IMG/VR virus record: IMGVR_UViG_3300014720_000030
Span: 1 to 64,000 of that record
Length of the DNA: 64,000 nt
DNA from: a virus
Reading direction: 5' to 3' (one strand)
Positions 39,220-49,963 of this stretch are shown in pieces. The position numbers and the translations under genes are program-made. Under the pieces are notes generated by a model that saw only the letters and a program-made list of their open reading frames with translations, was not told where the DNA came from and did not search any database. The number at the start of each line of letters is the position of its first letter. Position 1 is the stretch's first letter.

Positions 39220-42200
39220 TTACATACAATTAATATTGCTAAATCCGTTTTGTTTGTTAACTTCAATTAAATTATCAACCATGTCTCGCATAGAATCAAC
39301 GTGTGATATGATGATTGAAAAATCAAATTTAGTACGAAAATATTCAAATAAATTTACTACTGACGAAATATGTTCTGCATCTAATGAACCCCACCCTTCA
39401 TCAATTGCAATGAAATTGGGACGTGGTAATGCTGAAACATTGATAAGTGCAATGCGAATTGCTAATGACGAAATAAAACGTTCCATACCGGATGTTAATT
39501 CCAATGGCCAAAAATTATCTTCATCGTAAATAATATATCCGTTGATGTTTTTGCCATCAGTGTTTAATACCATGTTAAATTCAACAATTTGATTGAGTAC
39601 GTTATTGATTTCAGCTTCAATTTTCGGAATAGCTTTTGCAACTAATTCATATGGAATGCCGTTACGTTTAACTGATTCTAAATAATATTCATATGCTTTG
39701 TATTCCGTTTCAAGTTGTCGATAACGTTCCAATTGTTCCATTGCAGTGCCTTTATTTGTACGTGCAACTTCAATAGCACCAAACAATGATTTAATTTGAT
39801 CTTGAATTAGTTTGATTTGTTGAGAACAAGTTGCAATTTTAGTTTTACATTCTTCAATTTCAGCGTCAACTAGTTGATTGTGTGTAATTGCGGTTTCATT
39901 TTTACGGAATGATTCTTGACGTTCAATTGCGGTTTCTAATTCTGATTCTCGTGTTTGCAAATCACTTTCTAGGATTTGAAGTTGCAATTCGTTGCGTTCC
40001 AATGTAATTTTTTTAGTTGCAATATCGGATTTTAATTTGTTGTATTGGTCTGCTATTTCAAATACAGGTTGTAATTCATTTAATTCTACGGTTGCAGCTT
40101 CAATATGTTGTTGCAATTCCTCTAATATCGCTCTATCCGAATCAATTGTATTTTGAGCTTCGATTGCATTTTGCACGAAAACGTTAGATGTACAGTATTT
40201 GCAGTTTGGATCATATTCATGAGATTCGAGATGTTTAATTTTTTCTTGTTTTGCATTTACTTGTTCCTGTTGTTGTCTAAATTTTTGAGTTTGTTTGTTT
40301 ATGTTAGATTCTAATTTTTGATATTGTTCAATTTGTGCGTTTATTAAATCTGCATCAATATTAACTAATTCAGATTGTAATGAATCAATGTTTTCTGATA
40401 ATGTTTCTAATTCTTGTTCTGCTGTTTCTATTTCCGTTTGAATTGATTCAATCTTACTAATTAGTACGCGTTCTTGTGATTGCAATTCTTTGATGTTTGG
40501 ACCATCGTATGTTGTTGGCAATTTAGTTTCAATTAACTGTACAATTTGTTCTTGTAATCCATTTCGTTGATCTTGTTGTTGATCTTCAAGTTGTTCTAAC
40601 GAAATAATAGTATCTTGATTTTCTATTATTACTGCATCAGCATGCACGATTATCTCGGCAAAGTCAGTTTTTTTATAATCTTTTAATCGGCCTGCAGTTT
40701 CTTTGATTTCATCTGCTGCAAGTTGATAAAGTTGTTCAAACACCGTAATATCTAAAAACTGCGACAATAAATCTTTGCGTTCTTTTTGCGACTTTTCAAT
40801 AAAATTGTTGTTGTCTGCTTGCAGAGAAAATGCCGTTAAAATAAAATCATCATATGTGCCTAAATAGCGACGAATGTTTTTATTTGTTTCACTGCGTTCT
40901 TCACCATTTAGATTTTCTGAATCAGTGTAAAAATCTACATCAACTTTGACGTGCGTATCTTTCTTTTTGTTTTGAGTGCCACGTCGTTCAATAGTATATG
41001 TTATGCCATTCATTTCAAAACGAAATACACCACGAAACCATGTTTTTTTATTGTTTAATACTTCATTTGCTTTGCTTGTTTTGCTGCATTTATCAAATAT
41101 AGTATATGTAATTGCATCAAGTAAACTTGATTTGCCGGATGCATTTGCAGCAAAAAGTCCGCACACATCAGAAAGTTTGTCAAAGTTTAATGTGTTGCCT
41201 TCTCCATATGAAAACATGTTATCAAATTCAAATGATATAGGATGCCATGTAGTATGTCGTATTGATTCTACTGCTGGCAATTTTGAATTTATTGTGCGAT
41301 TAATGTGTCTGATAGCATCAACTTCTTGCGGAGTAGCTTGTGGATAATTTGCGTCAATATATTCCGTTAACAAGGTGTTTTGATATTCAACATCGCGCAC
41401 ATTTCCAATTGCCAAGCTAGAAGATGCATTGGTTGCTGCAGCTCCTATAGTTCGTTGAATTGTAATGTCTTCTACTTGATATTTTTTTCGAATCGTTGCA
41501 ATCAACCGTTTCATATCTGCCGCGCTTGTTTCATTAAACTTGATGCGAATGCGTGGACGTTTTGGCATACGATGCGGCGAAGATATAATTGCAGAGCCTT
41601 GAGTTTCTATAGTTACATAACCATAGTCATTTTCAATTTGCACAAAGTCTGCAGTACGTCGTTCCATATCCCAAACCAAAATGCCATGATCTAATGCTTC
41701 ACCATGATTTTGTTGAATAAGTGAACCTGGATATGCAACGGTGCGTGCATCATCTAAAAACTGTGCTGGTTTATGAATATCTCCTAGCAACGTAATGTCA
41801 TGTCCTTCAAACAAATCAACGCCTACATGTTCATTTGATATTTGATAACCAATATCAGTACGAGCTGTATTTACTGCACCATGGTGTAACGCAATTTTAT
41901 ATGATGCCGAAAAATCTTTTGCACGAATGTATTCTGCAGGTGTTTTATCAACAGCCATATGATTCCAAGTTACTCCACCTAATTCAAACAATCCATTTTC
42001 TTTAATGAAATGAATATTAGGATTTTTAATCACATCGAGAACTGGACTAACTGCATCTACGCGATGCATATTGTTCAAATTCATATCATGATTGCCTAAA
42101 ATAACAATTGTAGGAATTGTGAATTCATTGAAGAAATCAACAAGCATTTGAACTAATTCCGGTGACATATCCAATTTACTATGCACAATATCTCCGGTCA

Positions 42201-42366
42201 CAACCGCAATGCTGTTTGCAGTACAATTTGTTTTGATATAATCAAATAAATTTTTAAACACTTGACGATATTCAGTATGTCGTTTCAATGTACGAATATG
42301 TACATCGGATATATGAAAGATTTTGTCAATCCGTTCAATTCCAGTTTCAATTTTTTTTATGTCCAT
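39220..42366 (-). CDS. fused Mre11/SbcD nuclease - Rad50/SbcC ATPase (T4 gp47+gp46-like)
   Basis: SDVH, GDIVH, GNHD, GDIH phosphoesterase motifs; NASGKSS Walker A; CKYC zinc hook within the coiled coil; TSGME signature; IDEG Walker B; IISH. Confidence 0.92.
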   Translation of the reverse strand: MDIKKIETGIERIDKIFHISDVHIRTLKRHTEYRQVFKNLFDYIKTNCTANSIAVVTGDIVHSKLDMSPELVQMLVDFFNEFTIPTIVILGNHDMNLNNMHRVDAVSPVLDVIKNPNIHFIKENGLFELGGVTWNHMAVDKTPAEYIRAKDFSASYKIALHHGAVNTARTDIGYQISNEHVGVDLFEGHDITLLGDIHKPAQFLDDARTVAYPGSLIQQNHGEALDHGILVWDMERRTADFVQIENDYGYVTIETQGSAIISSPHRMPKRPRIRIKFNETSAADMKRLIATIRKKYQVEDITIQRTIGAAATNASSSLAIGNVRDVEYQNTLLTEYIDANYPQATPQEVDAIRHINRTINSKLPAVESIRHTTWHPISFEFDNMFSYGEGNTLNFDKLSDVCGLFAANASGKSSLLDAITYTIFDKCSKTSKANEVLNNKKTWFRGVFRFEMNGITYTIERRGTQNKKKDTHVKVDVDFYTDSENLNGEERSETNKNIRRYLGTYDDFILTAFSLQADNNNFIEKSQKERKDLLSQFLDITVFEQLYQLAADEIKETAGRLKDYKKTDFAEIIVHADAVIIENQDTIISLEQLEDQQQDQRNGLQEQIVQLIETKLPTTYDGPNIKELQSQERVLISKIESIQTEIETAEQELETLSENIDSLQSELVNIDADLINAQIEQYQKLESNINKQTQKFRQQQEQVNAKQEKIKHLESHEYDPNCKYCTSNVFVQNAIEAQNTIDSDRAILEELQQHIEAATVELNELQPVFEIADQYNKLKSDIATKKITLERNELQLQILESDLQTRESELETAIERQESFRKNETAITHNQLVDAEIEECKTKIATCSQQIKLIQDQIKSLFGAIEVARTNKGTAMEQLERYRQLETEYKAYEYYLESVKRNGIPYELVAKAIPKIEAEINNVLNQIVEFNMVLNTDGKNINGYIIYDEDNFWPLELTSGMERFISSLAIRIALINVSALPRPNFIAIDEGWGSLDAEHISSVVNLFEYFRTKFDFSIIISHVDSMRDMVDNLIEVNKQNGFSNINCM

Positions 42367-43298
42367 AACATGTCCATTTTGAGTGCCATTATGCCTTCAA
42401 ATGTTAATATATCAGTATCGTTAATAATTCGTGTAATTTGTTCAAAACCTAATTCTGATGCATCTGCATCTTGCAATCGTACAAAATAAACATTTAAACC
42501 TTCTGCCATGAATCGTTCTGCAATTTGCACTGCATTGCGAAGTGCATCAGCATCCAAGCAAATATAGATATCTCGAACTCGTTTTTCAATAATTTTCTTT
42601 TGCAATGCCGGTTGAATGATTTTACCAAATAACGGTATTGCATTGCGTTTAATTGCAATTGCATCAAACGCCCCTTCACAAAGAACGATAGGTTGTGACC
42701 AATTTATAGTTAAATCGAATCCAATGATATCTTTTGATATTTTAGGATTTTTATGTTTTTGTTTGTCTGCTCGATAAAATGCTCGAGATACAAAATAATT
42801 TAGTTGTCCCGCTTCATCATAACTAGGAATGATTATTTTCCCAGAATATTCACCTTGTTCGCAATATCCAATTCGATACTTTAAAATATCCAACATTCCA
42901 ACATCTCGTTGTTGCAAATAATGAATTGCATTGCGATAATCAGGTGTATTTTTTTTATTCCATAATGGAACATAATGTTCCGGCAAAGCCAATGTTACCG
43001 TTGATTTTGTTTCTGCAGTATTTCGATATCTAGCAGATTCAATTATTTTTGAAAGTTGTTCAAACCATTCTTTTGACAAGCCCATTTGCTTAAACAAGCT
43101 GTTAATAGTTCGACCTTTCTTATCTGATATCCAACAATGCCATGGATTTTCTCCTGCATGATTAGTATTAACGTCAATTTCTAATTTCGGTTTGTAATGT
43201 GAAGTAAATGGCGAAAAGAATGCAATGTTATTGCCGGAAGTAGATTTGCCTTTACCTAAAACTGATTCTAATAATTGTAGCAGTTTAAGATTCTTCAC
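42357..43298 (-). CDS. DNA primase (DnaG-type TOPRIM), GTG start
   Basis: IIIPSYD..G.LNYFVSR, KHKNP, LCEGAFDAI, ICLDAD, DASE; degenerate N-terminal Zn site. Confidence 0.88.
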   Translation of the reverse strand: MKNLKLLQLLESVLGKGKSTSGNNIAFFSPFTSHYKPKLEIDVNTNHAGENPWHCWISDKKGRTINSLFKQMGLSKEWFEQLSKIIESARYRNTAETKSTVTLALPEHYVPLWNKKNTPDYRNAIHYLQQRDVGMLDILKYRIGYCEQGEYSGKIIIPSYDEAGQLNYFVSRAFYRADKQKHKNPKISKDIIGFDLTINWSQPIVLCEGAFDAIAIKRNAIPLFGKIIQPALQKKIIEKRVRDIYICLDADALRNAVQIAERFMAEGLNVYFVRLQDADASELGFEQITRIINDTDILTFEGIMALKMDMLWT

Positions 43299-43304
43299 AA
43301 TTAT

Positions 43305-43333
43305 ATTATAATGAAAAACTGTAAGGAATCCAA
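43305..43333 (-). promoter_or_regulatory. sigma70-like promoter TTGGAT-N17-TATAAT
   Basis: Exact match; -10 box ends 6 nt before the primase GTG. Confidence 0.75.
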
Positions 43334-43479
43334 TTAAATATAATTAATATATAATATATGTTAAGCACATACATTTCATTACTAGCTTAACGATTGAATC
43401 AATAAATTCTTCAATCTATTAATAAAATAAATTTCATTAACTTTCATGAATATATTAAAAATAATTCACAAAACAAACC

Positions 43480-43962
43480 TTAACTAAAAAAACGTTTTGG
43501 GTCTGCTGATACTTCGCCTGTTTTTACGCATTCTGTAAACCATTCTGCTGGAATATCTTTTTTTGCAATATGTTGAATACCTAGCTTGCGAGCAAATGCT
43601 TCATATGTAGTTGGCGATGTTTTTGACAATTTTTGATTAGGATTTTGAAATACTATGCGAATGTCGATGCCTGGATTAGACTGTAAAACATGTTTCATTT
43701 TAGTACGATCTGCAGTAGTCCAACGTCCTTTAGTTTCAATGTACATGGTACCGCCATTGCGTTTTGTAAATACAAAATCTGGAGTATATTTTGCTTTGCG
43801 TTCTGGTACTACGTAATGCAATGTTTCTGTTTCATATCGAAGTTCGTAGTCTGTTTGTTTGATTTGATCAGAAACTGTAAGTTCTAGTCCAGATTTATAA
43901 CCATGTTTAAGTGCATTAGCTCGTTTTGAATTACCCGAACTATGAAAATGATTTCGTCTCAT
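43480..43962 (-). CDS. T7 endonuclease I-like Holliday junction resolvase
   Basis: YKSGLE, YTPDF, IETKGRW...DR.K, DIRIVF. Confidence 0.9.
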   Translation of the reverse strand: MRRNHFHSSGNSKRANALKHGYKSGLELTVSDQIKQTDYELRYETETLHYVVPERKAKYTPDFVFTKRNGGTMYIETKGRWTTADRTKMKHVLQSNPGIDIRIVFQNPNQKLSKTSPTTYEAFARKLGIQHIAKKDIPAEWFTECVKTGEVSADPKRFFS

Positions 43963-43965
43963 AAC

Positions 43966-45747
43966 TTATTCTAAAATAGATGATTCAACCCAACATATTA
44001 ATTCTATGTCTTCTTCGCCTCGTTTACCTAATATTTTAACTTTTGTATATTTATCTTTAACCTCAAATTTTTCTAATTGTTTAGTTGTTTCATCATTAAC
44101 AGTCATGGTACCTTTATTTTTAAATACAAATTTACCTTTGTCTTTTTCATATTGATAAACAGCAAACGATTTAATATCAGATCTAACTGTACCGTATTTT
44201 TTACTTACATCAATATTAAATAGTTTAATTAATTTGTCCACATCGCCTGGAGCATCAACTGTTGTCATTTTAGATATAAATTCCTGAGATGACATAGTTT
44301 TGTTTACAAGTTTTGCATGATCTGCTTTGTCAGCAACATACCATTTATTTTCTTCAATTGAATATGTATATACACGCGTATCGTCTGCCGATTGTGTGTA
44401 AACTATTTTGTTGGTTGTAGGGTCTGTATATGGATATGTAACGGGTTTTTCATATGCAATAAACTTTCCATTTTTTAGTTCTCCTGTTGCAGTATACTCG
44501 CTACTTGCATCGTTACGTTCATAATAAACTCCGTTTTTAGGTGTATCATGTCCCATAAATGTACCAGTGTATTTAAACGCATATAAGTCTGATTGATCTC
44601 GATAATAATACATAGAGCCTTTGTCGAATTCGAATTCGAATTCTGTTTCTACACGGCCGTTGGTTTTATTATACGCTGATTGTATATATATGATAGTCGT
44701 GCCTATAAATTTTGATTTATCATATTTGTTAAAATTTTTATCTATATCAAACGTAAATGTACCATCATAATATGCACCACGTTGAAATTCTCCTTCAAAT
44801 GTACCATACTTACAATTTTGTTCACAATCTTTAGGAATCCTAAATCTTCCTTTACCCTTCAGTGGAGTTAGTGAATAATACCCAGTAATTGGATCAATAC
44901 CAATGTCAGCTATTCCAGTAAAAGAAGTGTCAATATTAAAATTATCCGCCGCTGACCCCGGAGTTACGTGTTGTGATCCTAAAGTGACTTGATTTGGTTG
45001 TTTAGTTTGAAATGTAGATACATTAATTCGATTCATGAATCTAAAATCCGGCACGGAATTTAGCATTGACGTTGATTGTTTAGTTGCTGGAAAATTTTGC
45101 TCCCACCAATTCGGTGCATCTTTTTCTATAGTTTTCATTGTATCTTTTAATGCAGCTGTCCATTTAATAGCTTGTGGCTGTGTTATAACTAAAGTACTAT
45201 ATTCATCATCTGAACTAGTAAAAGATAATATATTTTTCATATACAAGCTTAGTTCACGGCTAACTGTTTTATTTAAATATCGTTTTATTAATTCTAATAA
45301 TCGACCCAACGGAGTTTCAGTCGATGTATCTACAATCCAAACTGCAAAAACCTTTCTACGATCAGTTCCTTTAGGTACACTAACAACAATTCGATAACTA
45401 TAACTATAATATTCATTTAATGTTTTATCCATTCTCATTCTATCAACAATTGCAGAAATCATTTGCTCATATGTTGGATTTTTAGATTTATCTTTTCGAA
45501 TTGCAACAACTAAAAATCCTCGAGTAGCACCATTTTCTTTAGCAGCGTTATCAATAAAATGAACACGAAGTTTTTGTAAATTGCTGTCACCATATGTTGT
45601 TTTTGGTATTTTATACACATATCCAGTTGTTGGATCAAACTCTAGATCTTTTTTCTTTTTTTTCGAATCATCATCTTCGATTAAGTGCTGTTCTAACAAT
45701 CGTTTTTGAATTAAAACTGACCGTATATATTGTTCTACTCGATTCAT
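43966..45747 (-). CDS. hypothetical protein with MORN-like segments (start revised to MNRVEQ)
   Basis: Late box 45761-45769; LLEQ/LIE leader; FEGEF..G...GTF and YTGTF...P.NG repeats. Confidence 0.6.
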   Translation of the reverse strand: MNRVEQYIRSVLIQKRLLEQHLIEDDDSKKKKKDLEFDPTTGYVYKIPKTTYGDSNLQKLRVHFIDNAAKENGATRGFLVVAIRKDKSKNPTYEQMISAIVDRMRMDKTLNEYYSYSYRIVVSVPKGTDRRKVFAVWIVDTSTETPLGRLLELIKRYLNKTVSRELSLYMKNILSFTSSDDEYSTLVITQPQAIKWTAALKDTMKTIEKDAPNWWEQNFPATKQSTSMLNSVPDFRFMNRINVSTFQTKQPNQVTLGSQHVTPGSAADNFNIDTSFTGIADIGIDPITGYYSLTPLKGKGRFRIPKDCEQNCKYGTFEGEFQRGAYYDGTFTFDIDKNFNKYDKSKFIGTTIIYIQSAYNKTNGRVETEFEFEFDKGSMYYYRDQSDLYAFKYTGTFMGHDTPKNGVYYERNDASSEYTATGELKNGKFIAYEKPVTYPYTDPTTNKIVYTQSADDTRVYTYSIEENKWYVADKADHAKLVNKTMSSQEFISKMTTVDAPGDVDKLIKLFNIDVSKKYGTVRSDIKSFAVYQYEKDKGKFVFKNKGTMTVNDETTKQLEKFEVKDKYTKVKILGKRGEEDIELICWVESSILE

Positions 45748-45772
45748 AATACTTTTCTTTAATAAATATATG

Positions 45773-46315
45773 TTACCAATCAATCATTACAAATTTGTTG
45801 TTCCAAATCATAACGTTGTCAGGTTTAAAATCTAAATCCAAATCTAAATCTTCAATACCAATTGATTGTATATCTTTTTGTAACGCCCGTAAAAAATTTA
45901 TCAATTTAATATCAAAATCACGTCCGCCATCTGCATCTAAATAATCAAAAATAGAAACTTCTCCGCCTTGCTTACGTGCGTATATTTTGTAAGATGAAAT
46001 AAATTGATCGATCGATTGTTTTTGATCATTTGATAAATTGTCAGCTTTTGCCATGATATACATGTTACGACCATCCACATAATATACCGGTATAAAAGTT
46101 GTATATTGTGAATAACGATCAACAATTATTTCTGCAACACGATATTCTTCAGATTCAGTTGTTATTTTAAACAATTTATCTTCGTCATCGATTTCATAAA
46201 CACGTCCATTATCTCCACTTCCAAATAATTTAAATTGTTTGTTTTGTATTTTTTGTAAAATTCGTTTTAAATCAACATCAACAATTTCATTTAATAATTT
46301 TTTAAGTCGTATCAT
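45773..46315 (-). CDS. minimal protein-kinase-like / APH-fold kinase
   Basis: FGSGDNGRVY Gly loop, LFKIT (Lys), E helix, DFKPDNVM catalytic loop, MIDW. Confidence 0.8.
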   Translation of the reverse strand: MIRLKKLLNEIVDVDLKRILQKIQNKQFKLFGSGDNGRVYEIDDEDKLFKITTESEEYRVAEIIVDRYSQYTTFIPVYYVDGRNMYIMAKADNLSNDQKQSIDQFISSYKIYARKQGGEVSIFDYLDADGGRDFDIKLINFLRALQKDIQSIGIEDLDLDLDFKPDNVMIWNNKFVMIDW

Positions 46316-46317
46316 TA

Positions 46318-47898
46318 TTATCCTTTAACCGTTATGTTTTTATCTAAATCTAAACGAATTAAAAAATTCATATCAACATCACTACGTTTACGTACTGGCT
46401 GAGCTAATTTACCAATAGCTAACAATTCGCCAGAGCCATTATATAAACCTATAGTTGTTATATATGGTGCAAACGTTTCCGTTGAAACAAATGATTGGTA
46501 TGTTGCATCATCATCAGCTGTTAATGTAACATTGGTTGACATATTAAAATCGTCAGCATCTAATCTAGTTATAACACCCAATTCATGAATTGTTACGGTG
46601 CTACGATATGATGCAGTATATGGTGTATTAATTATATTGTTAATGCGATAATCTGCAGAAGAAAAAACAATAATTCCATGTTTAGAAAATACATTACCTA
46701 CATACGGAGTTTGTAATGCAGTTCCACCTTCCGTACGGTTAGATAACGCACTTATCTGCGAAGCGGTAAGTGACTTGTTAAAGATTCTTATTTCATCTAA
46801 ATAACCTTGTAGATTCAAACTATTGGGGCTAAATCCGCCGATTTTTAACGTATCTCGATTATCAATTCTAGCAGATGCAGATAATGGGGATGTAGGAATC
46901 GTAAATAATGGAGTAGTAGTAGATGATTGCAAAGTACCATTTACATACATTTGCATACTGCTACCTGATTTTTGACAAACTACATGGGTCCAACTCGATG
47001 TTACAACGGTTGACGATGTAATAAAAGCTTTAAACCTATCACTACCTGCAGTTGTAAAAATCAATTGATTGCTACCACTTAATTCTATTCGAAACGGATA
47101 TGTAGGTGTAGTGCTTCGAGATGCTTTTGTTGCAATCAATTGATTGGCAGATGTTGAATTTGTACCACTAATAAAAAACGAAACTGCATAATCATGATCT
47201 CGGTCATATAAACCTGTTAATGTAGATTCAATATAACCAGAACCAGAAAAATATGCTGCTAACCCTAAAGCACGTTGTTGCCCGGTTGTTGTTGTAATAC
47301 CAGGTACATACGTTACGCCTGCAGATGTATATGTAATTCTAGATGTATCAAAATATTCATTAAATCCTTCATACCACATTACATTTGTTACGATTGATGC
47401 AGTATTAAATGCCGAATCTATAATATTGCCATACCGATCACTAGAAAATGAACCAGATACAGAAGATGTAAATGAAAATGATGTAGGTTTTATGCCTTCG
47501 CCTATTCGCACTTGAGGAATAGACAGTATTGATGCAGTTTGATATAATGCTTTTTTAGTTCGAGTTAAATCAGTAGGACCATATGTTTTTGCAGGTTCTG
47601 ATTTATTTTTATAATATAAATGATTTACAGAAAAATACGTAACGCTTTGCAAACTGCCGTCAATGTTTGCAGCATCATTGTATGTTAATTCACTTCCTAA
47701 TGCAGGTAAAACATTAACATCAGAATATATTCCTTGCAAAGGCAATGCACTTGAAGTTACACTACCCGAATAAAACGTCCAAGATTTATATGATTGAAAT
47801 GCATTGATTGTAACATCGGAGCTATCAATTTTTTTAAAAACTGATGGATATACGCCTACGTATGAATCTTCTGTTTGACTTGTTTTTAATTGTGCCAT
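46318..47898 (-). CDS. LamG/concanavalin-like domain virion (baseplate/tail) protein
   Basis: WTHVV, MYVNG, GYLDEIRIFNKSL; C-terminal PYITTIGLYN..ELLAIGKLAQP. Confidence 0.75.
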   Translation of the reverse strand: MAQLKTSQTEDSYVGVYPSVFKKIDSSDVTINAFQSYKSWTFYSGSVTSSALPLQGIYSDVNVLPALGSELTYNDAANIDGSLQSVTYFSVNHLYYKNKSEPAKTYGPTDLTRTKKALYQTASILSIPQVRIGEGIKPTSFSFTSSVSGSFSSDRYGNIIDSAFNTASIVTNVMWYEGFNEYFDTSRITYTSAGVTYVPGITTTTGQQRALGLAAYFSGSGYIESTLTGLYDRDHDYAVSFFISGTNSTSANQLIATKASRSTTPTYPFRIELSGSNQLIFTTAGSDRFKAFITSSTVVTSSWTHVVCQKSGSSMQMYVNGTLQSSTTTPLFTIPTSPLSASARIDNRDTLKIGGFSPNSLNLQGYLDEIRIFNKSLTASQISALSNRTEGGTALQTPYVGNVFSKHGIIVFSSADYRINNIINTPYTASYRSTVTIHELGVITRLDADDFNMSTNVTLTADDDATYQSFVSTETFAPYITTIGLYNGSGELLAIGKLAQPVRKRSDVDMNFLIRLDLDKNITVKG

Positions 47899-47904
47899 TA
47901 TAGT

Positions 47905-47940
47905 AAAAACCCTGCTACATTTAATATAAATATAACAGGG
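47905..47940 (-). terminator. terminator hairpin that embeds a late promoter box
   Basis: CCCTGTTATATTTA-TAT-TAAATGTAGCAGGG then TTTTT; two G-U pairs. Confidence 0.7.
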
Positions 47941-47958
47941 CTTAAATCAGTGTCGATT

Positions 47959-49269
47959 TTAGAAATCTAGTTTAACTCGTATAAGAGCTTCTCGCTGAAA
48001 TGATTTCAATAGTGGTTTAGACAGTTTTGCTACCGCTAATAATTCTTGACTATCATTATATAATCCAACCGTTGTAATATATGTTTTAGGATCGCCTATA
48101 AAAGTTGATTGTGCAATTTGACCAACACTGCCAGATACATATGACGGATTATTTGAAAAATTATATTCTGCATTTTTAATTCTTACAAAATAATGCGTAC
48201 TTGTTACTTTTTCAGAATTACGTGCAATAAATCCATATGGATCGGCTGTTGCAGGATCTGTAAATACCGCAGACCCGGAAATGGAATGATATAATACGAA
48301 ATGATTATTTCCTTCCGAACTAGAACCAGTATTAGTTGCAAAACCTAATTTTTGATCAAGCATTTTACCATCTAAAATCAAAGTACCATAATCTGGATAT
48401 GCTAACCCGTAATATACCGGAGCGGTTGAATTATAAACTCCCGAATTAATTGAACCAGAAACAATGTTATAAACTTTACCCGATTGACCAATAGCAGCAG
48501 ATGCAATCGAAGAATCATCAATAAGTTGAATTACACTCGATGTTGCATGCATAGTTACAGAACCGGTTGCATTTGTTGCTCGTGTTGCAACTGACTGTAA
48601 TGGAATTTCCCAATTTCCTGGATCTAAACGTTCTTTCATTCGATTACGTTTAAAGTTAACAACATATATATAGTCTGTACTTCCGGATCCGGCCGTTGTA
48701 AAACGTGTATCAGTTGGAGCAAGTAAAAGTTGTCGATATTGTGAGTAAACTGCTTTACTTGGAGAATCGTTAAGTTGTCCTTGAGAATCAGATCCACTAC
48801 CTAATGCATGGCCAAATGCTAAAGCAAACTGTACAGCAGCACCGTCTGCACTAGGAGTTGATTGATATACATCAGCATAATACCGTCGTTGCGTTGTAGT
48901 TTGACCCGATGCAGTAAAATATGTAGTTAAATTAGCTAAATTATCACTCCATAAACCTGCAGTAACCGTTTCAATTTGATTTGCAACAACATCATTTATC
49001 GGATCAAACTTTGTATAGGTTCTACCATTACGAGCTAAAATTTGTGCTTGATCGCGTTCTGCTACAATTTGATTTGCCAACTGTTGTGCTAATTGTCGTA
49101 CTTGATCATTAATTATAGAATCCGTACCAGCAGTAGTTGCATTAGCTGTCATCGATTCTTGCGCCGGCGAAAACGATTGTTGCTCCCTTGATATAATAGG
49201 TACTCCGCCTATTCTAGGTTGTTGTTTTAATCGTGTAATGAATTCATTCATTTTCATAATATTTTCCAT
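47959..49269 (-). CDS. virion baseplate/tail structural protein
   Basis: C-terminal TYITTVGLYND..ELLAVAKLSKP, paralogous to 46318..47898. Confidence 0.7.
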   Translation of the reverse strand: MENIMKMNEFITRLKQQPRIGGVPIISREQQSFSPAQESMTANATTAGTDSIINDQVRQLAQQLANQIVAERDQAQILARNGRTYTKFDPINDVVANQIETVTAGLWSDNLANLTTYFTASGQTTTQRRYYADVYQSTPSADGAAVQFALAFGHALGSGSDSQGQLNDSPSKAVYSQYRQLLLAPTDTRFTTAGSGSTDYIYVVNFKRNRMKERLDPGNWEIPLQSVATRATNATGSVTMHATSSVIQLIDDSSIASAAIGQSGKVYNIVSGSINSGVYNSTAPVYYGLAYPDYGTLILDGKMLDQKLGFATNTGSSSEGNNHFVLYHSISGSAVFTDPATADPYGFIARNSEKVTSTHYFVRIKNAEYNFSNNPSYVSGSVGQIAQSTFIGDPKTYITTVGLYNDSQELLAVAKLSKPLLKSFQREALIRVKLDF

Positions 49270-49920
49270 TTATATTGTTGCAGTAGTTGCTCGGTTAACA
49301 GTTAAATTAATAGTTACACTACCACCAGTTTCATTTGCAATCACTGTTATAGTTGCAGTTTTAGTTTCAATTAATTGTGTTTTAGCAACAACTCGGAATT
49401 CAAATCCTGCAACTGCAATGCTTTGTGCATCTTCATTATCTCCAATAAAACGAGGAGTAGTTGGAAGTACTGAATTTTGCAATGCTCTAGTTACTTGAAT
49501 ATTAGCTACACTTGAATCTGATAAAATTGCCGTATAACCTAAAGTTGCATTGCCTCCTCTAAAGTTGCTTGTATTAGGAGCAATAATTGTAGAATCGCCT
49601 GGCGCTGCTAATGTAATTGCGGTATTTCCTACTGTAACAACTGGTATATTAGTTGTTTGTTTTGGCAATGTAATTAGTTTGTATTTAAGCGCTTGAGTTT
49701 CGTCAGCAACTGCTTCTACGATTGGCATATTTTCAATAATAGTTCCGTAATAAGCAGTTCCAAGCGGATGATCTGGATTCCATAATGAATAATCAATTTC
49801 ATCATCTCCTACTGCAAATTGTGTAATACTAAATGCATTACCACCTCGAGCTAAAAGTTCTCGGCCTTTCAACGTTAAAATTGCGTCGACCGTAACGCTT
49901 GAATTATCTAAATATCCCAT
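49270..49920 (-). CDS. virion structural protein
   Basis: MGYLDN...LTLKGRELLA...ITQFAVGDDEIDY; late box 49940-49948. Confidence 0.65.
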   Translation of the reverse strand: MGYLDNSSVTVDAILTLKGRELLARGGNAFSITQFAVGDDEIDYSLWNPDHPLGTAYYGTIIENMPIVEAVADETQALKYKLITLPKQTTNIPVVTVGNTAITLAAPGDSTIIAPNTSNFRGGNATLGYTAILSDSSVANIQVTRALQNSVLPTTPRFIGDNEDAQSIAVAGFEFRVVAKTQLIETKTATITVIANETGGSVTINLTVNRATTATI

Positions 49921-49963
49921 ATGTTTTTACCTTATTTAATATAAATATACAATCTATAAATTT

